Source: Sulfurospirillum sp. (lineage in GTDB: Bacteria; Campylobacterota; Campylobacteria; Campylobacterales; Sulfurospirillaceae). From it: DNA of 64,000 bases. The stretch is taken from NCBI GenBank assembly GCA_045047115.1, contig JASFYR010000021.1, positions 1-64,000 of the forward strand. The letters run 5' to 3'. Each line of letters opens with the position of its first letter. Position 1 is the stretch's first letter. Positions 39,826-50,657 of this stretch are shown here, piece after piece. The notes under the pieces were generated by a model that did not search any database, was not told the DNA's origin, and worked only from the letters and a program-made list of their open reading frames with translations. Position numbers and translations under genes: made by a program.

Positions 39826-39837
39826 ATTACACCTCCC

Positions 39838-42681
39838 CTACGCTTTTTCTACACGGCATAAGCCGGCTTTTGTTTCAGGGATTTGGGTGATAATATCGTA
39901 ACCATAGTTTGTTACAGTATTCGCTGCCTCACCTATACTATATGGCTCTAATCCCTCCGGATAATTTTCAGCCAAACTTTCTCCTTGCATGACTCCGGCC
40001 CAGTGGAATGGCAGGAAGATTCTATCTTCACTGACAGAGTAAGTAAATCTGGCCCTTACTTTTATTTTAGTTCCCTCAGGAGAGTATATCCACATCATTT
40101 CGCCATCTTTTATGCCATGATTCATAGCAAGATTTGGATTGATATCGCAGAACATTTCAGGGTTATGCTTGGTAAGATATTTCGAGCTTCTCTCTATCAA
40201 ACCTGCACCACTGTGAGTAACAAGTCTCCCTGTTACCAGATTGAGTGGGAACTCTTTTGACCAGTCTTTCTTTTGAATAGATTCATATCTTGTATCAACT
40301 CTATAGTGATTTTTCTTATCTTTATATGTTGGATACTCTTTGGTAAGATCAAATCTTGGAGTATGAAGAGGTTCTCTGTGCATTGGTATCTGATCAGGGA
40401 ATGTCCATACTTTTGCTCTTGCTTTTGCATTTCCATAAGGTGCAACTCCAGCTTTTAGAGCAAGTTCGGCAATCTCATCACTGATGTCAACTTTCCAGTT
40501 TTTACCCATTGCTGCTTTTTGCGCAGAGGTAAGTTTTATGCCTAAGACTTTTTCTATATTATCTTTATGAAGCTCAGGATAACCACCTTCTACTTTTGCA
40601 TTTTTGATGGTTGCTCCATCTCCTGCAAGCTGATTTACGCCATCATGTTCGAGACCAAATCTATTTCTAAAACCCATACCTCCCATATTTACCGGAAGAT
40701 TTACATCATAAAGTACTGGGCTTCCACCGTGGGTTGTTGTCCAACAAGGCCAAGGCAGTCCGTAGTATTCACCCTTCATCGGTCCCATTCCGGCAATATT
40801 TACTTCATCAAACATATGCCAGTTCTCTTGATGTTTTTTAAGCCTGTCATAAGTCCAACCGGTAAGTCCGATAGTTTTTATGATTCTAGCAACCTCGTCA
40901 ATACCGTCTTTTGGCCACACAAAACTATCTTTTGCTTTTACAAGTTTTCCCTCTTTTTTGTTGGCTTTGAGTTTCATTCCAGCTACAAATTGATCATAAT
41001 AACCAAACTTTTTAGCAAAAGCAAACATTATCTCTTCATCTGTTTTGCTTTCATACATCGGATCTACAACTTTACTTCTAAGTTGAGCACTTCTGTTTGT
41101 TGCTGTTACTGTTCCTTCTCCCTCAAATTGAGTGGCAGTTGGAAGGATATAGACACCATCTTTTTTATTTGTTATGATAGCCGCCTCATTTGCAAATGGC
41201 TCGGCTACAACTATAAGATCAAGTTTATCAAGGGCTTTTTGTACACTTGCCTGTCTTGAGATAGATGTTATACCATTTCCCTGGACCCAAAGAGCTTTTA
41301 TAGGAGAACTCGTGTGAATTGGATCTTCTTTTATGACACCTTCATACCAGCGAGCTAGTGTAAATCCTTTGGTATTCATCCATTTCTTAGCTTTAAATCT
41401 TCCTTTTAACCAATTATAATCAACGCCCCACTGTTTAGCAAAATATTTCCAAGAACCATCACTTAGTCCATAGTAACCCGGAAGAGTGTGTGACAGACAG
41501 CACATATCTGTGGCGCCTTGAACATTATCATGACCTCTTAAGATGTTACATCCGCCACCTCGTCTTCCCATATTTCCAAGGGCAAGTTGGAGTATCGGAG
41601 CCATACGAGTATTTGAAGAACCGATGCTGTGCTGAGTTAAACCCATAGCCCAGATAAGAGTTCCGGGTTTGCTTGTAGCAAAAGCTCTTGTAATTTGGTA
41701 GAGCCTCTCTTGAGGAACACCTGTTACATCTTCTACTTTTTGCGGAGTCCACTTTTTAGCCTCTTTTATGACATCATCCATGCCATATACTCTGTTTTTG
41801 ATAAAATCTTTATCTTCCCAACCATTTTTAAAGATGATATGAAGCATACCATACATAAACGGGATATCAGTTCCCGGTCTTATGTGAGCATACATATCAG
41901 CTTTTGCGGCTGTCTTGGTGTATCTCGGATCTACTACTATAAGCTGAGCATTGTTGTGCTCTTTTGCTTTTAAGAAATTTTTGAAACCAACAGGATGGTT
42001 CACCGCAGGATTTGCTCCAAAAATGATAATTGACTTAGCATTTTGGATATCTCCAAGATGGTTTGTCATAGCGCCATAACCCCATGTATTCGCCACACCG
42101 GCGACTGTTGCACTATGTCAAATTCTAGCTTGGTGATCTATATTGTTTGTACCCCACATTGAAGCAAATTTTCTAAAGTAATAGGACTGCTCTGTACTGA
42201 TCTTTGCAGAACCTAAGAACATCGCTACATCAGCACCATTGCTTTTTCTAAGAGACAACATCTTGTCGCCGATCTCATTGATGGCTTGATCCCAACTGAT
42301 TCTTTGCCATTTTCCATCGACTTTTTTAAGTGGATGCTTTACTCTCTTTGCACTCTTTACAGTGTCAATCGAATCGATACCTTTTGAGCAGTGACCACCA
42401 TGACTAAACGGATGCTCCTGCGCCACCTCTTGTCTCACCCAAACACCATTTTGCACTTCAGCTATGATACCACAGCCTACTGAACAAGTTGTACATATGG
42501 TTTTAACCATCTTTGAACCCGGATATGGATCTTTTACCTCTTCTTTTGTAGCTTTTCTAACAGCACTTCCGCCTGCTATAAGAGTTGTTCCGATAGCCGC
42601 ACCACCAAGTGTTGCCATCTTTAAAAAAGATCTTCTTCCAGCTCGCAAAGATAGTTTTTCCAACTTATCTTTACCCATCAT
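39838..42681 (-). CDS. fdhA: Formate dehydrogenase catalytic subunit, Mo/W-bisPGD selenoprotein (U188, 947 aa)
   Basis: Two track ORFs in one frame joined by TGA 42118-42120: NIDHQARI-U-HSATVAG. TAT signal GRRSFLK, CTTCSVGC...HC, LRGHDNVQGATD. Confidence 0.96.
42090..42104 (-). promoter_or_regulatory. SECIS-like hairpin of fdhA
   Basis: UCGCC-GGUGU-GGCGA, starting 13 nt after the UGA. Confidence 0.7.
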
Positions 42682-42686
42682 TTTAT

Positions 42687-42754
42687 TGTCTCCTTTTTCG
42701 GAAATAAATTCCGCAAAAATTCCTCGCGCCTAAAGCACGAGCTATCGCTCTGTA
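42687..42754. repeat. Dispersed structured intergenic repeat, copy 2
   Basis: Homologous to 3675-3779; directly upstream of the fdhA Shine-Dalgarno. Confidence 0.8.
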
Positions 42755-42772
42755 ATTTTTCATTACTCCTCG

Positions 42773-42973
42773 TTAAGATGCTACGCTATAGTACTCTCTC
42801 CAATGAGATGTCTTCTTATAAAGAATCTCTTTTTTTGGAGAATGCCCTATAACAACGCCATTTGAGCCACTTTGTGAAGATAATTTCTCACTAGCCTGAA
42901 GCGCACTGCCTGCTACAACAACGCCTCCACCGACAAGAGCTTTCTTCAAAAAGCCTCTTCTTGAGTCTTGCAT
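42773..42973 (-). CDS. Small TAT-signal protein of fdh operons
   Basis: MQDSRRGFLKK after AGGAG; GVVIGHSPKKEILYKKTSHWREYY. Confidence 0.82.
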   Translation of the reverse strand: MQDSRRGFLKKALVGGGVVVAGSALQASEKLSSQSGSNGVVIGHSPKKEILYKKTSHWREYYSVAS

Positions 42974-43028
42974 CTTTACTCCTTTCATTTAGATTTATCC
43001 CTTAAAGAGATATGACAAAAATTTTTAA

Positions 43029-43295
43029 CTGACCTTACGCACTATATCACATTCTCAACAAACAAGAAAAAGGTATAATGCGAGGCAGAAAGTCTTTGGC
43101 ATAGCATAAGCTATGTTGAAGATTTTCTAACGAAGCAGGATGCCTTTTTCTTGTTTGCCCTACGGGTGAGTCTTAAAGAGCATTATCGCTTCGTTGGTTT
43201 CACTTTAACATAGCTTTTGCTATGCCAAAGCAAAACCGCCTCGTACTAACACTCTTTAAGACTCATTGAGGATGTGATATAGTGCGTAAGGTCAG
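43029..43295. mobile_element. 267-bp MITE-like element
   Basis: 30-bp terminal inverted repeats CTGACCTTACGCACTATATCACAT(T/C)CTCAA with 1 mismatch; flanked by direct repeat TTTTTAA at 43022-43028 and 43296-43302; no ORF. Confidence 0.8.
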
Positions 43296-43329
43296 TTTTT
43301 AAATTTTCTCATATCTCTTCTAAAAGCTT

Positions 43330-44094
43330 TTATACCTCGTCTTCTACATCGCCTCCGGCTTCTATGATACACTCTTGTATCTCTTGAGATTTTTTTCTCT
43401 TATTTTCAAGTCTTCTTTTCGCCTCTACATCAGAGATATTTACAGGTTGCTCTTTTTGTGATACTTTTTCTCTCTCTTTTGGTCTGTTTACATTTAGAAA
43501 CAGTCTCTCTAGAGAGATGAATGATTTTAATAATATTGCCGCTTCCTGGTAGAAAAGTGCATTTTCATTCATATATATATTTTCTATAAATTCATCGACA
43601 AATGGATTTAAAACATTTTTAAAAACCTCGCTCTCAAGAAAAGCTGCTTTCTCATCCCCGTCTAATTCGTCAACTATCAGATTTTGCATAATTGCAAAGA
43701 TAAAACCTATGTCATCTTCCAAATCAGTAAATTTTTTATTATCTCTTCTGTAGTTAGATTGCAAAACATAATTCACCATCAATTGTCTCTTTTTACCATC
43801 ATCCCTCTCTTCTTCATAAAAAGAGGCTGTTGTAGGCACCGGGCTACCACTCAAATCATAAAATATCGCATCAAACTCACTCTCTATAGATTTCAACCCC
43901 TTTGATGAGATAATCTGTGACATATTTTTAAGTGTTTTGTCCATAGACTCGTCTATGGGATTTTGCAAGAAAAACTCTATCTTCTTTTCTAGTTCATTAT
44001 ATCTCTTCTCTTCTAGCACAAAGGCGAAAAGGGAGGCAAAAAGCCCATAAAAAAGAACTCTTGCTCTGTTGATATTTTCTTTATTGCTGTTCAT
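43330..44094 (-). CDS. TorD/DmsD-family maturation chaperone of Fdh
   Basis: PTTASFYEE and DLEDDIGFIF motifs; position in the fdh operon; start coupled to the upstream stop. Confidence 0.82.
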   Translation of the reverse strand: MNSNKENINRARVLFYGLFASLFAFVLEEKRYNELEKKIEFFLQNPIDESMDKTLKNMSQIISSKGLKSIESEFDAIFYDLSGSPVPTTASFYEEERDDGKKRQLMVNYVLQSNYRRDNKKFTDLEDDIGFIFAIMQNLIVDELDGDEKAAFLESEVFKNVLNPFVDEFIENIYMNENALFYQEAAILLKSFISLERLFLNVNRPKEREKVSQKEQPVNISDVEAKRRLENKRKKSQEIQECIIEAGGDVEDEV

Positions 44095-45761
44095 TATATT
44101 TTTCCTTTTAGTTGGGCTTTTAACATCACTTTTGGTTTGCATGATTCACAACAGTAGAGTGTTCTTATTTTTGCTTCATCATCTCCAAAAAGTGGCTCCA
44201 TCTTTGCTGCTATTGCCATGATGGCTTTTTTTGGAGCAAACTCTACTCCGCACTCTACACATTTAAAGATCTCATCTTTTGCCATGATATTTTGTCTGAA
44301 ATACTCTGGATTCAGACTCAACTCATCATAAATCACATTTAAACAATCTTTCTCTGGACAGGTGGGCTCACAATATCCGCAATTTGTACAGATGGAGGGA
44401 TTAAATCTCAGAGTATTGTCCTCAGGGTGCACTGTAAGAGCCCTGACATTGCAAGCACCAACACAACTCATGCATAAAGTACAAGTCTCTTCATTGATAG
44501 TTATAGTTCCATAGTGTATATGTTCTCCCGTCTTTACAACTCCCAAATCATCATCTCCGACCAAATGAGAGAGTCTGGCTGAAAATATCTCTCTTTTTCT
44601 CAAATCCATCTCATTTATTCCATATTTTGCCTCAGAAAATGACTCTGTTTTTTTTAAAGCCTGCTCTAGTTCCTCTTTGTCTTTTGCGATGAAAATAGCT
44701 TGTTTGTTGTATTTTCTTCTAAAAATCTCATTTATTAAAGCTATGGCATCGCCTGAACCTTTAGAGAGAAAATCACTATAAAAAATCACAGATTTTCCAC
44801 TTGTCTGCAGCAGTGATAGATAGTGGGCTTCATGTAGAAACTTCTCACCCTCTATGGCCAGCGGCAAAACATCTTCTGGAAGCTCTACATACAAAGCTTC
44901 CAAGTTCATCTTTCTTGGTATTATCAGTGCTACTTTGTCTCTGTAAAATTCTTTTATCTCACTAAATGCACTTCTTGGCAATTGAGTGTAATCAAGCGCA
45001 CCGCTTGGGCAGACACTGATACATCCTCCACACCCGTGGCAATCTATCTGTGAAAATTCAAGATGCTTATTTTCATCATCTTTTAAAATTGCCACTGTCG
45101 GACATACTTCTGCGCATTTACCGCATATCTCCTCTCTTCTTTCGTGGTATTGGCAAATATTTTGGTCATATATCGTAAAATTTTTGTATCTGTAAGTGCC
45201 TAGATTTTCTTCTGTTTTTTTAATTACCTCATCAAATCCCAATTCAAATGGATCAAAAACTCCACTTTGCTTCATGGCAAATTCCGGTGCACCTTCCCAG
45301 ATGATTTGAGCACAAGCAATTTCATGCAGTTTATCATCTTTTTTTATAGTTACAGCCAACTCTCCAATATGTCCGTTAACATCAACTATCATGCTTGGAT
45401 TTAGTGTTATAGAGTTAAATTTATCACTTTGCAAAATTTTCTTGTATTTATCATTTTCTTCGTCATCTGTTACAATTAGTAACTTATTATTCACCTCTTT
45501 TTCAAAATCCATATCTTTTGACAGGTCAAATACTAAAGACCTTATGTCGTATAGAGACTTTATATTTTTGATTTTATCTGCTATATTGTTAGCACTGTTT
45601 TGGACATAGAAGTTTATTTCAGGAGCATATATCTGTGTATCACAAGATTCGCTATTTGCTACTATATAGTTAGTATCGTCAGCTTTTTCTAAAATCTTTA
45701 TACTCTCGTCCAAGGGATATTCTAATTTTATGTCTGTTAAAAAGAGATATTCTGGTTTCAT
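44094..45761 (-). CDS. Polyferredoxin / 4Fe-4S binding protein associated with fdh
   Basis: CGKCAEVCP, CHGCGGCISVCP, CTLCMSCVGAC, CTNCGYCEPTCP, C-terminal CxxC pairs. Confidence 0.88.
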   Translation of the reverse strand: MKPEYLFLTDIKLEYPLDESIKILEKADDTNYIVANSESCDTQIYAPEINFYVQNSANNIADKIKNIKSLYDIRSLVFDLSKDMDFEKEVNNKLLIVTDDEENDKYKKILQSDKFNSITLNPSMIVDVNGHIGELAVTIKKDDKLHEIACAQIIWEGAPEFAMKQSGVFDPFELGFDEVIKKTEENLGTYRYKNFTIYDQNICQYHERREEICGKCAEVCPTVAILKDDENKHLEFSQIDCHGCGGCISVCPSGALDYTQLPRSAFSEIKEFYRDKVALIIPRKMNLEALYVELPEDVLPLAIEGEKFLHEAHYLSLLQTSGKSVIFYSDFLSKGSGDAIALINEIFRRKYNKQAIFIAKDKEELEQALKKTESFSEAKYGINEMDLRKREIFSARLSHLVGDDDLGVVKTGEHIHYGTITINEETCTLCMSCVGACNVRALTVHPEDNTLRFNPSICTNCGYCEPTCPEKDCLNVIYDELSLNPEYFRQNIMAKDEIFKCVECGVEFAPKKAIMAIAAKMEPLFGDDEAKIRTLYCCESCKPKVMLKAQLKGKI

Positions 45762-45791
45762 ATTTTTCTCTATCCTTTGGTTAATTTATAT

Positions 45792-45836
45792 TTACCGTAT
45801 GGTAATAAAACTCTTATTAAAACGCACTTAATAAGA
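45792..45836. promoter_or_regulatory. Two inverted repeats in the fdh / sel divergent promoter
   Basis: TTACC-GTAT-GGTAA (45792-45805) and TCTTATTAA-N7-TTAATAAGA (45812-45836). Confidence 0.5.
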
Positions 45837-45901
45837 TATAATTACTCCTATTTATTGGATGTGCATCTATTTTTTTCGCTATAATTACACAGAAGGAGAC
45901 T

Positions 45902-47053
45902 GTGTTGGTAAAGAAAAGTTATATATATATTTTTATTTTAGTGGTTATCACAGTTATATCTGCCTTTTATATCCGCAAAAGTCCTGATATAAAAGAGATA
46001 AGACTGGGAGCATCTTTGCCTCTTAGCGGGATAAATCAAAATCTGGGCTCAGAGGTAGTTATCGGCTCAAACATCTACTTTAACTACATAAACTCTAAAG
46101 GCGGGATTTACGGCAAAAAGATAGATTTTATATATTATGATGATAAGTACGAACCTGAAATCACACAAACAAATATAAGCAGACTGATAAAAAAAAATAG
46201 AGTTTTTGCACTGTTTGATTTTGTAGGAACTCCAACAGTAAAAAGAGTAATGCCCATCATTAAAAAGAGTGGCATCCCGTTTATATCTCCTTACACAGGA
46301 GCCAGTTTCTTGAGAAATCCAAACATAAAAAATATAGTCAATTTCAGAAGCTCGTACAAAGAGGAGATAGACGCACTTGTCGGTTATCTTGTAAAAAATA
46401 AAAAATTAAGAAGATTTTCTATATTTTACCAAAATGATGATTATGGCAAAGAGGGCTATATAGCTCTTTTTGATGCTCTTAAAAAGAGGGGTTTGAGACT
46501 GCAAAGTGAGGGAACTTATAAGAGAAATACACTATTTATAAAACAGGCGATTTATGACATAAAGTCCAACAAACCTCAAGCTATCATTCTAGTAGGTGCA
46601 TATAAGCCGACTGCCAGATTTATAAAAAAAGCGAGACTTAGCAGTCTTAAAAATGTCATATTTTGCCCTATATCTTTCGTAAATGCCGATGCTCTCATGA
46701 ATGAACTTAAAAACGATGGCAAAAACATAATCTTTTCGCAAGTTGTCCCCTCATACAATGAAAATACAAAAACTACAAAAGAGTATATAGAGATGTTAAA
46801 TCTGTACTTTCCAGGGCATAAGCCTACTTTAGCATCTTTTGAAGCATTTTTGGCTGCCAAAGTGGTGGTTAAGGCTTTGAAAAATCTGGGAGGAGATATA
46901 AACAGAAGAGATTTTTTATATCAGATAAAACATCTAGAACCAAATACTCTTGGCTCCATAAAAATTCACTATAAAAATTCACAACTCTTAAACAGAGTCT
47001 ACATATCACAGTTTATCCATGGAAAATTCAAAGTATTGGCCATAAAACCATGA
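45902..47053 (+). CDS. Membrane-anchored type-1 periplasmic ligand-binding protein (LivJ/PBP1-like)
   Basis: IRLGASLPLSG, INSKGGIYG, YDDKYEP, VGTPT, FYQNDDYG; no permease nearby. Confidence 0.85.
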   Translation: MLVKKSYIYIFILVVITVISAFYIRKSPDIKEIRLGASLPLSGINQNLGSEVVIGSNIYFNYINSKGGIYGKKIDFIYYDDKYEPEITQTNISRLIKKNRVFALFDFVGTPTVKRVMPIIKKSGIPFISPYTGASFLRNPNIKNIVNFRSSYKEEIDALVGYLVKNKKLRRFSIFYQNDDYGKEGYIALFDALKKRGLRLQSEGTYKRNTLFIKQAIYDIKSNKPQAIILVGAYKPTARFIKKARLSSLKNVIFCPISFVNADALMNELKNDGKNIIFSQVVPSYNENTKTTKEYIEMLNLYFPGHKPTLASFEAFLAAKVVVKALKNLGGDINRRDFLYQIKHLEPNTLGSIKIHYKNSQLLNRVYISQFIHGKFKVLAIKP

Positions 47054-48666
47054 AAAAGTTTTTTAACTATGCAAATAAAAAATTAGAGAATATAAAGTTT
47101 GCCAATAAAACAAAAATATTGATTTTTACAATTTTGGGCGGAACCATTCTCATTGGTTTTTTAATGTTTATATCCATCTTTGCACTAAAATATGATTTTG
47201 AAACACTTTTTGTAAACCTCACAAAGCCTCAAGTAAAACTCGAAGAGATAAAAGATATATATCAGGTAAATATAAAAGAGACACTAAATGCTATAAAAGA
47301 TAAACAGATAAGCAAAACTGAGGGCATAGAAGTATTAAATCTGGCTGATCAAATAATAAAAAAACAGTGGAAAGAGTATAAAAAAGAGACGAATCAGCAA
47401 GTAGGGGGACTGCCTGAATTTGCAAGCAATTGGTTGAATTTCTTTCTCCTAAACAGTGGTGCTTTGAAAAAAAGTGAGTTTGAAAGCAGGGTCATAGAAA
47501 ATATAGAAAAAAAGATAAAAAGCATAAACAAAAAAACATCTAAACTAATCTCCACACTCAAGAAAAAAGAGATAACAAATACCAAACAGATAATCAACGA
47601 TACAATTTTAGAGACAAACTCTCTAAACATATATCTCTCGACTCTCATCACCAATAACCTCATGAGAGCTATCTCAAAAAAAGAGGCAAATGACAAACTT
47701 TTCAACACAAGCACTCTTATGTTGATTTTTCTCATAAGTCTCTCCTTTGTTTTTATGTTTTTAGTTTCCACTACAATAATCAACAACTTTAAAGAGTTGC
47801 ACTACTCACTCGAAGAAAACATCGCAAAAAAGACAAAAGAGTTGAGGGCATTAAACATCTCGCTAGAGAGCAGAGTCAAGAAAGAGGTGGAAAACAGCCG
47901 TAAAAAAGACAACATCATGTTCCAACAGGCAAGACTAGCAAGCATGGGAGAAGTCTTACACAATATTGCTCATCAATGGAGACAGCCATTGGGGGCCCTA
48001 ATGATGATAATTCAGGGCTTTGGTACTAAATTTGAAAGAGGAAGACTAGATGAAAAATTTATCTTAAGCAGCGTAGATGATGCCTTAAAACTTGGAAAAA
48101 ATATGTCTGATACACTTGATGATTTTAGAAACTTTTTTATGCCAAACCGTGCCAAACAGATATTTGATGTAAAAAAAGCGATAAACAAATCGATAGAATT
48201 AACAAAATACCAACTCGAAAAAGAAGACATTGAGCTAGAGTTCAATTCAAATATAACAGCCAAAATATATGGATTTAAAAACGAACTTATGCATGTAGTA
48301 TTAAATATAATCAACAATTCAAAAGATATACTCTCATCCAAAGAGAATTTAAAGAAAAAGAAGATTTTAATTATCACAAAGCAAACAAAACGAAAGATCA
48401 TCATAAATATAATAGATAATGGTGGTGGCATAAAAGATGATATAATATCAAAGATATTTGACCCGTATTTTACTACCAAACACAAGAGCATAGGGACAGG
48501 AATTGGCTTATATATGTCAAAACAGCTGGTTGAAAGACATATGAGCGGAAAGATATACTGCAAAAACATAAGACATAAATTTGGCACCAAAAAGTTTTTT
48601 GATTCTGCTATGTTTAGTGTCGAACTACCACTGGAGGAGAAAAATTATGAACAAAAGAAATCTTGA
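47050..48666 (+). CDS. Sensor histidine kinase
   Basis: Two TMs; NIAHQWRQPL H-box, NIINNSKD, DNGGGI, FDPYFTTK, GTGIGLY. Confidence 0.93.
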   Translation: MKKFFNYANKKLENIKFANKTKILIFTILGGTILIGFLMFISIFALKYDFETLFVNLTKPQVKLEEIKDIYQVNIKETLNAIKDKQISKTEGIEVLNLADQIIKKQWKEYKKETNQQVGGLPEFASNWLNFFLLNSGALKKSEFESRVIENIEKKIKSINKKTSKLISTLKKKEITNTKQIINDTILETNSLNIYLSTLITNNLMRAISKKEANDKLFNTSTLMLIFLISLSFVFMFLVSTTIINNFKELHYSLEENIAKKTKELRALNISLESRVKKEVENSRKKDNIMFQQARLASMGEVLHNIAHQWRQPLGALMMIIQGFGTKFERGRLDEKFILSSVDDALKLGKNMSDTLDDFRNFFMPNRAKQIFDVKKAINKSIELTKYQLEKEDIELEFNSNITAKIYGFKNELMHVVLNIINNSKDILSSKENLKKKKILIITKQTKRKIIINIIDNGGGIKDDIISKIFDPYFTTKHKSIGTGIGLYMSKQLVERHMSGKIYCKNIRHKFGTKKFFDSAMFSVELPLEEKNYEQKKS

Positions 48667-49330
48667 TATTTTAGGAGATTTCAATATTCTTTATCTTGAA
48701 GACGAGCCTCAACTCTTAAAACACACTGCTATGGTTTTGGAAGATTTTGTGAAAAATATATTTGCGGTAGCTACTTGCAAGAATGCTTTGGAAATTATCA
48801 AAGAAAACAAAATCGATATAATCATCACCGATATAAACCTCAAGCACGAAAACGGTATAGAGTTTTTAAAAGAGTTAAAATATGAGCTAGGATATGAAAT
48901 TCCCTCTATAGTGGCAACAGCCTACACAGATACAGAATACCTCATAGATGCCATAAAGCTCAAAGTTGAAGACTATATAGTCAAACCCATAAATCTAAAA
49001 GATTTGCTAAATTCTATACATGATGTGCTCTTGCCTATTGCGCAAAAAAGAGAGATTAAAAAATCATACAATGTAATCAGGACTATCTCAGCCGTCACAG
49101 ATGGAAAACAGGTTGAGTTGGTAAAATTTATACTTAAAAATCTTGATGACGAGTCTATATTTAACTACTCTTACGGAGATATAATGGCTCAAGTGGATGT
49201 AAGCAAACCAACAGTAATAAAGTTTTTCAGGCAACTGTCTCAAAAAGGAATTTTAACAAAGATACAAAATAAAAAGTACTTTTTCAATGAAAACAATCTG
49301 CCGAACCCCAGCGAGGAAATAGATGAATAA
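48647..49330 (+). CDS. Response regulator with C-terminal HTH
   Basis: ATG 48647 after GGAGG; LYLEDE, IITDI, TAY, VKP; HTH SYGDIMAQVDVSKPTVIKFF. Confidence 0.88.
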   Translation: MNKRNLDILGDFNILYLEDEPQLLKHTAMVLEDFVKNIFAVATCKNALEIIKENKIDIIITDINLKHENGIEFLKELKYELGYEIPSIVATAYTDTEYLIDAIKLKVEDYIVKPINLKDLLNSIHDVLLPIAQKREIKKSYNVIRTISAVTDGKQVELVKFILKNLDDESIFNYSYGDIMAQVDVSKPTVIKFFRQLSQKGILTKIQNKKYFFNENNLPNPSEEIDE

Positions 49331-50657
49331 GCTAAGAGATATACCCAAAATAGACAAAATCATAAAAAGAGATATATTTGACAAACTAAATGTTAAACTT
49401 CTCACCAAGATAACAAAACAGAAAACAGAAAAATTAAGAGCAGACATACTGCAAAACAGAATTGAAAAATTTGATGAAGAGACCTTTGCCAAAGATATAA
49501 AAGAGGCCTATGAAGAGATTTTTAAGCCCTCACTAAAGCCGCTCATCAATGCAACAGGTGTGATACTTCATACAAATATGGGAAGAAGTCTCATAAATGA
49601 AGAGATACTCAAAAGAGTCCAGCCTCTTATATGTAACTACTCAAACCTGGAGTATAAACTAGAAGAGGGTTGCCGAGGGGAGAGATACGAGCATGTTAAT
49701 TCTCATCTCAAAAATCTATTGGACATAGAGGATGTTTTAGTGGTAAACAATAATGCAAGTGCGGTATTTTTGATACTCAACACATTTGCAAAAGAGCATG
49801 AAGTTGTAGTATCAAGGGGAGAACTCGTAGAGATAGGCGGAAGTTTTAGAATCCCTGAAGTAATGAGCCAAAGTGGAGCAATTTTAAAAGAGGTTGGAGC
49901 CACAAATAAAACAAAGCTTAGCGATTATGAAGAAGCGATAGATAACAATACCGCAATGCTCATGAAAGTACACCAATCGAATTTTAGCATAGAAGGCTTT
50001 AGCCAAAGCGTACCTTATGAAGAAATTAAAGAGCTCTCTTCGCGAAATAACTTACTTGATTATTATGATTTAGGGAGTGGCTATATCCCTGAATTGCCGT
50101 ATAATCTAGGTAAAAAAGAACCGTCTATTATAGAAATCTTAAAATCAAATCCATCACTTATAAGCTTTAGCGGAGATAAGCTTTTTGGCTCTATTCAAGC
50201 TGGAATCATAGCTGGGAAAAAGGAGTTAATTTCAAAATTAAAACAAAACCAACTCCTAAGAATGTTAAGAGTAGATAAAATAACGCTCTCTTTACTGGAA
50301 GAGACTATAAAAGCCTATCTAAGAGAAGAGTATAAACTTATACCAACTCTACATATGCTTTTTATGACAACAGATGAGCTTAAAAAAAGAGCTCTGCATA
50401 TAGAGGAAAAATTAGGTACAAGTATAGTAAATACTCTGGAAACAAAAACAGTGATGGGTGGAGGCACTCTGCCAAACAGAGAGTTTCCAAGTATTGCCCT
50501 ACATGTAAAGGGCAAAGCTCAACACTTAGAGAGAAAGTTTAGAAAGAAAATGATTATTGGCAGGATAGAAAATGATAGATTTCTGCTTGATTTCAGAACA
50601 ATTCAGCCAAAAGACGAAGAGAGGCTTACCCAAACCATAAGAGAGATAGTAAAATGA
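49323..50657 (+). CDS. selA: L-seryl-tRNA(Sec) selenium transferase
   Basis: INATGVILHTNMGRS, YSNLEY, SRGELVEIGGSFRIP, FSGDKL. Confidence 0.96.
   Translation: MNKLRDIPKIDKIIKRDIFDKLNVKLLTKITKQKTEKLRADILQNRIEKFDEETFAKDIKEAYEEIFKPSLKPLINATGVILHTNMGRSLINEEILKRVQPLICNYSNLEYKLEEGCRGERYEHVNSHLKNLLDIEDVLVVNNNASAVFLILNTFAKEHEVVVSRGELVEIGGSFRIPEVMSQSGAILKEVGATNKTKLSDYEEAIDNNTAMLMKVHQSNFSIEGFSQSVPYEEIKELSSRNNLLDYYDLGSGYIPELPYNLGKKEPSIIEILKSNPSLISFSGDKLFGSIQAGIIAGKKELISKLKQNQLLRMLRVDKITLSLLEETIKAYLREEYKLIPTLHMLFMTTDELKKRALHIEEKLGTSIVNTLETKTVMGGGTLPNREFPSIALHVKGKAQHLERKFRKKMIIGRIENDRFLLDFRTIQPKDEERLTQTIREIVK

Noticed and set aside
40567..41259. 230-aa plus-strand ORF
   Set aside because: Antisense shadow of fdhA with no recognisable motifs.
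42118..42120. fdhA as a split gene or pseudogene
   Set aside because: The stop is TGA at the metal-ligand position, in frame, followed by a SECIS-like hairpin, with selA, selB and selD present.
48012..48590. 192-aa minus-strand ORF and the many other short overlapping ORFs in the track
   Set aside because: Antisense or out-of-frame shadows of well-supported genes, with the Phe/Leu/Ser bias expected from reverse-complemented Lys/Glu codons.
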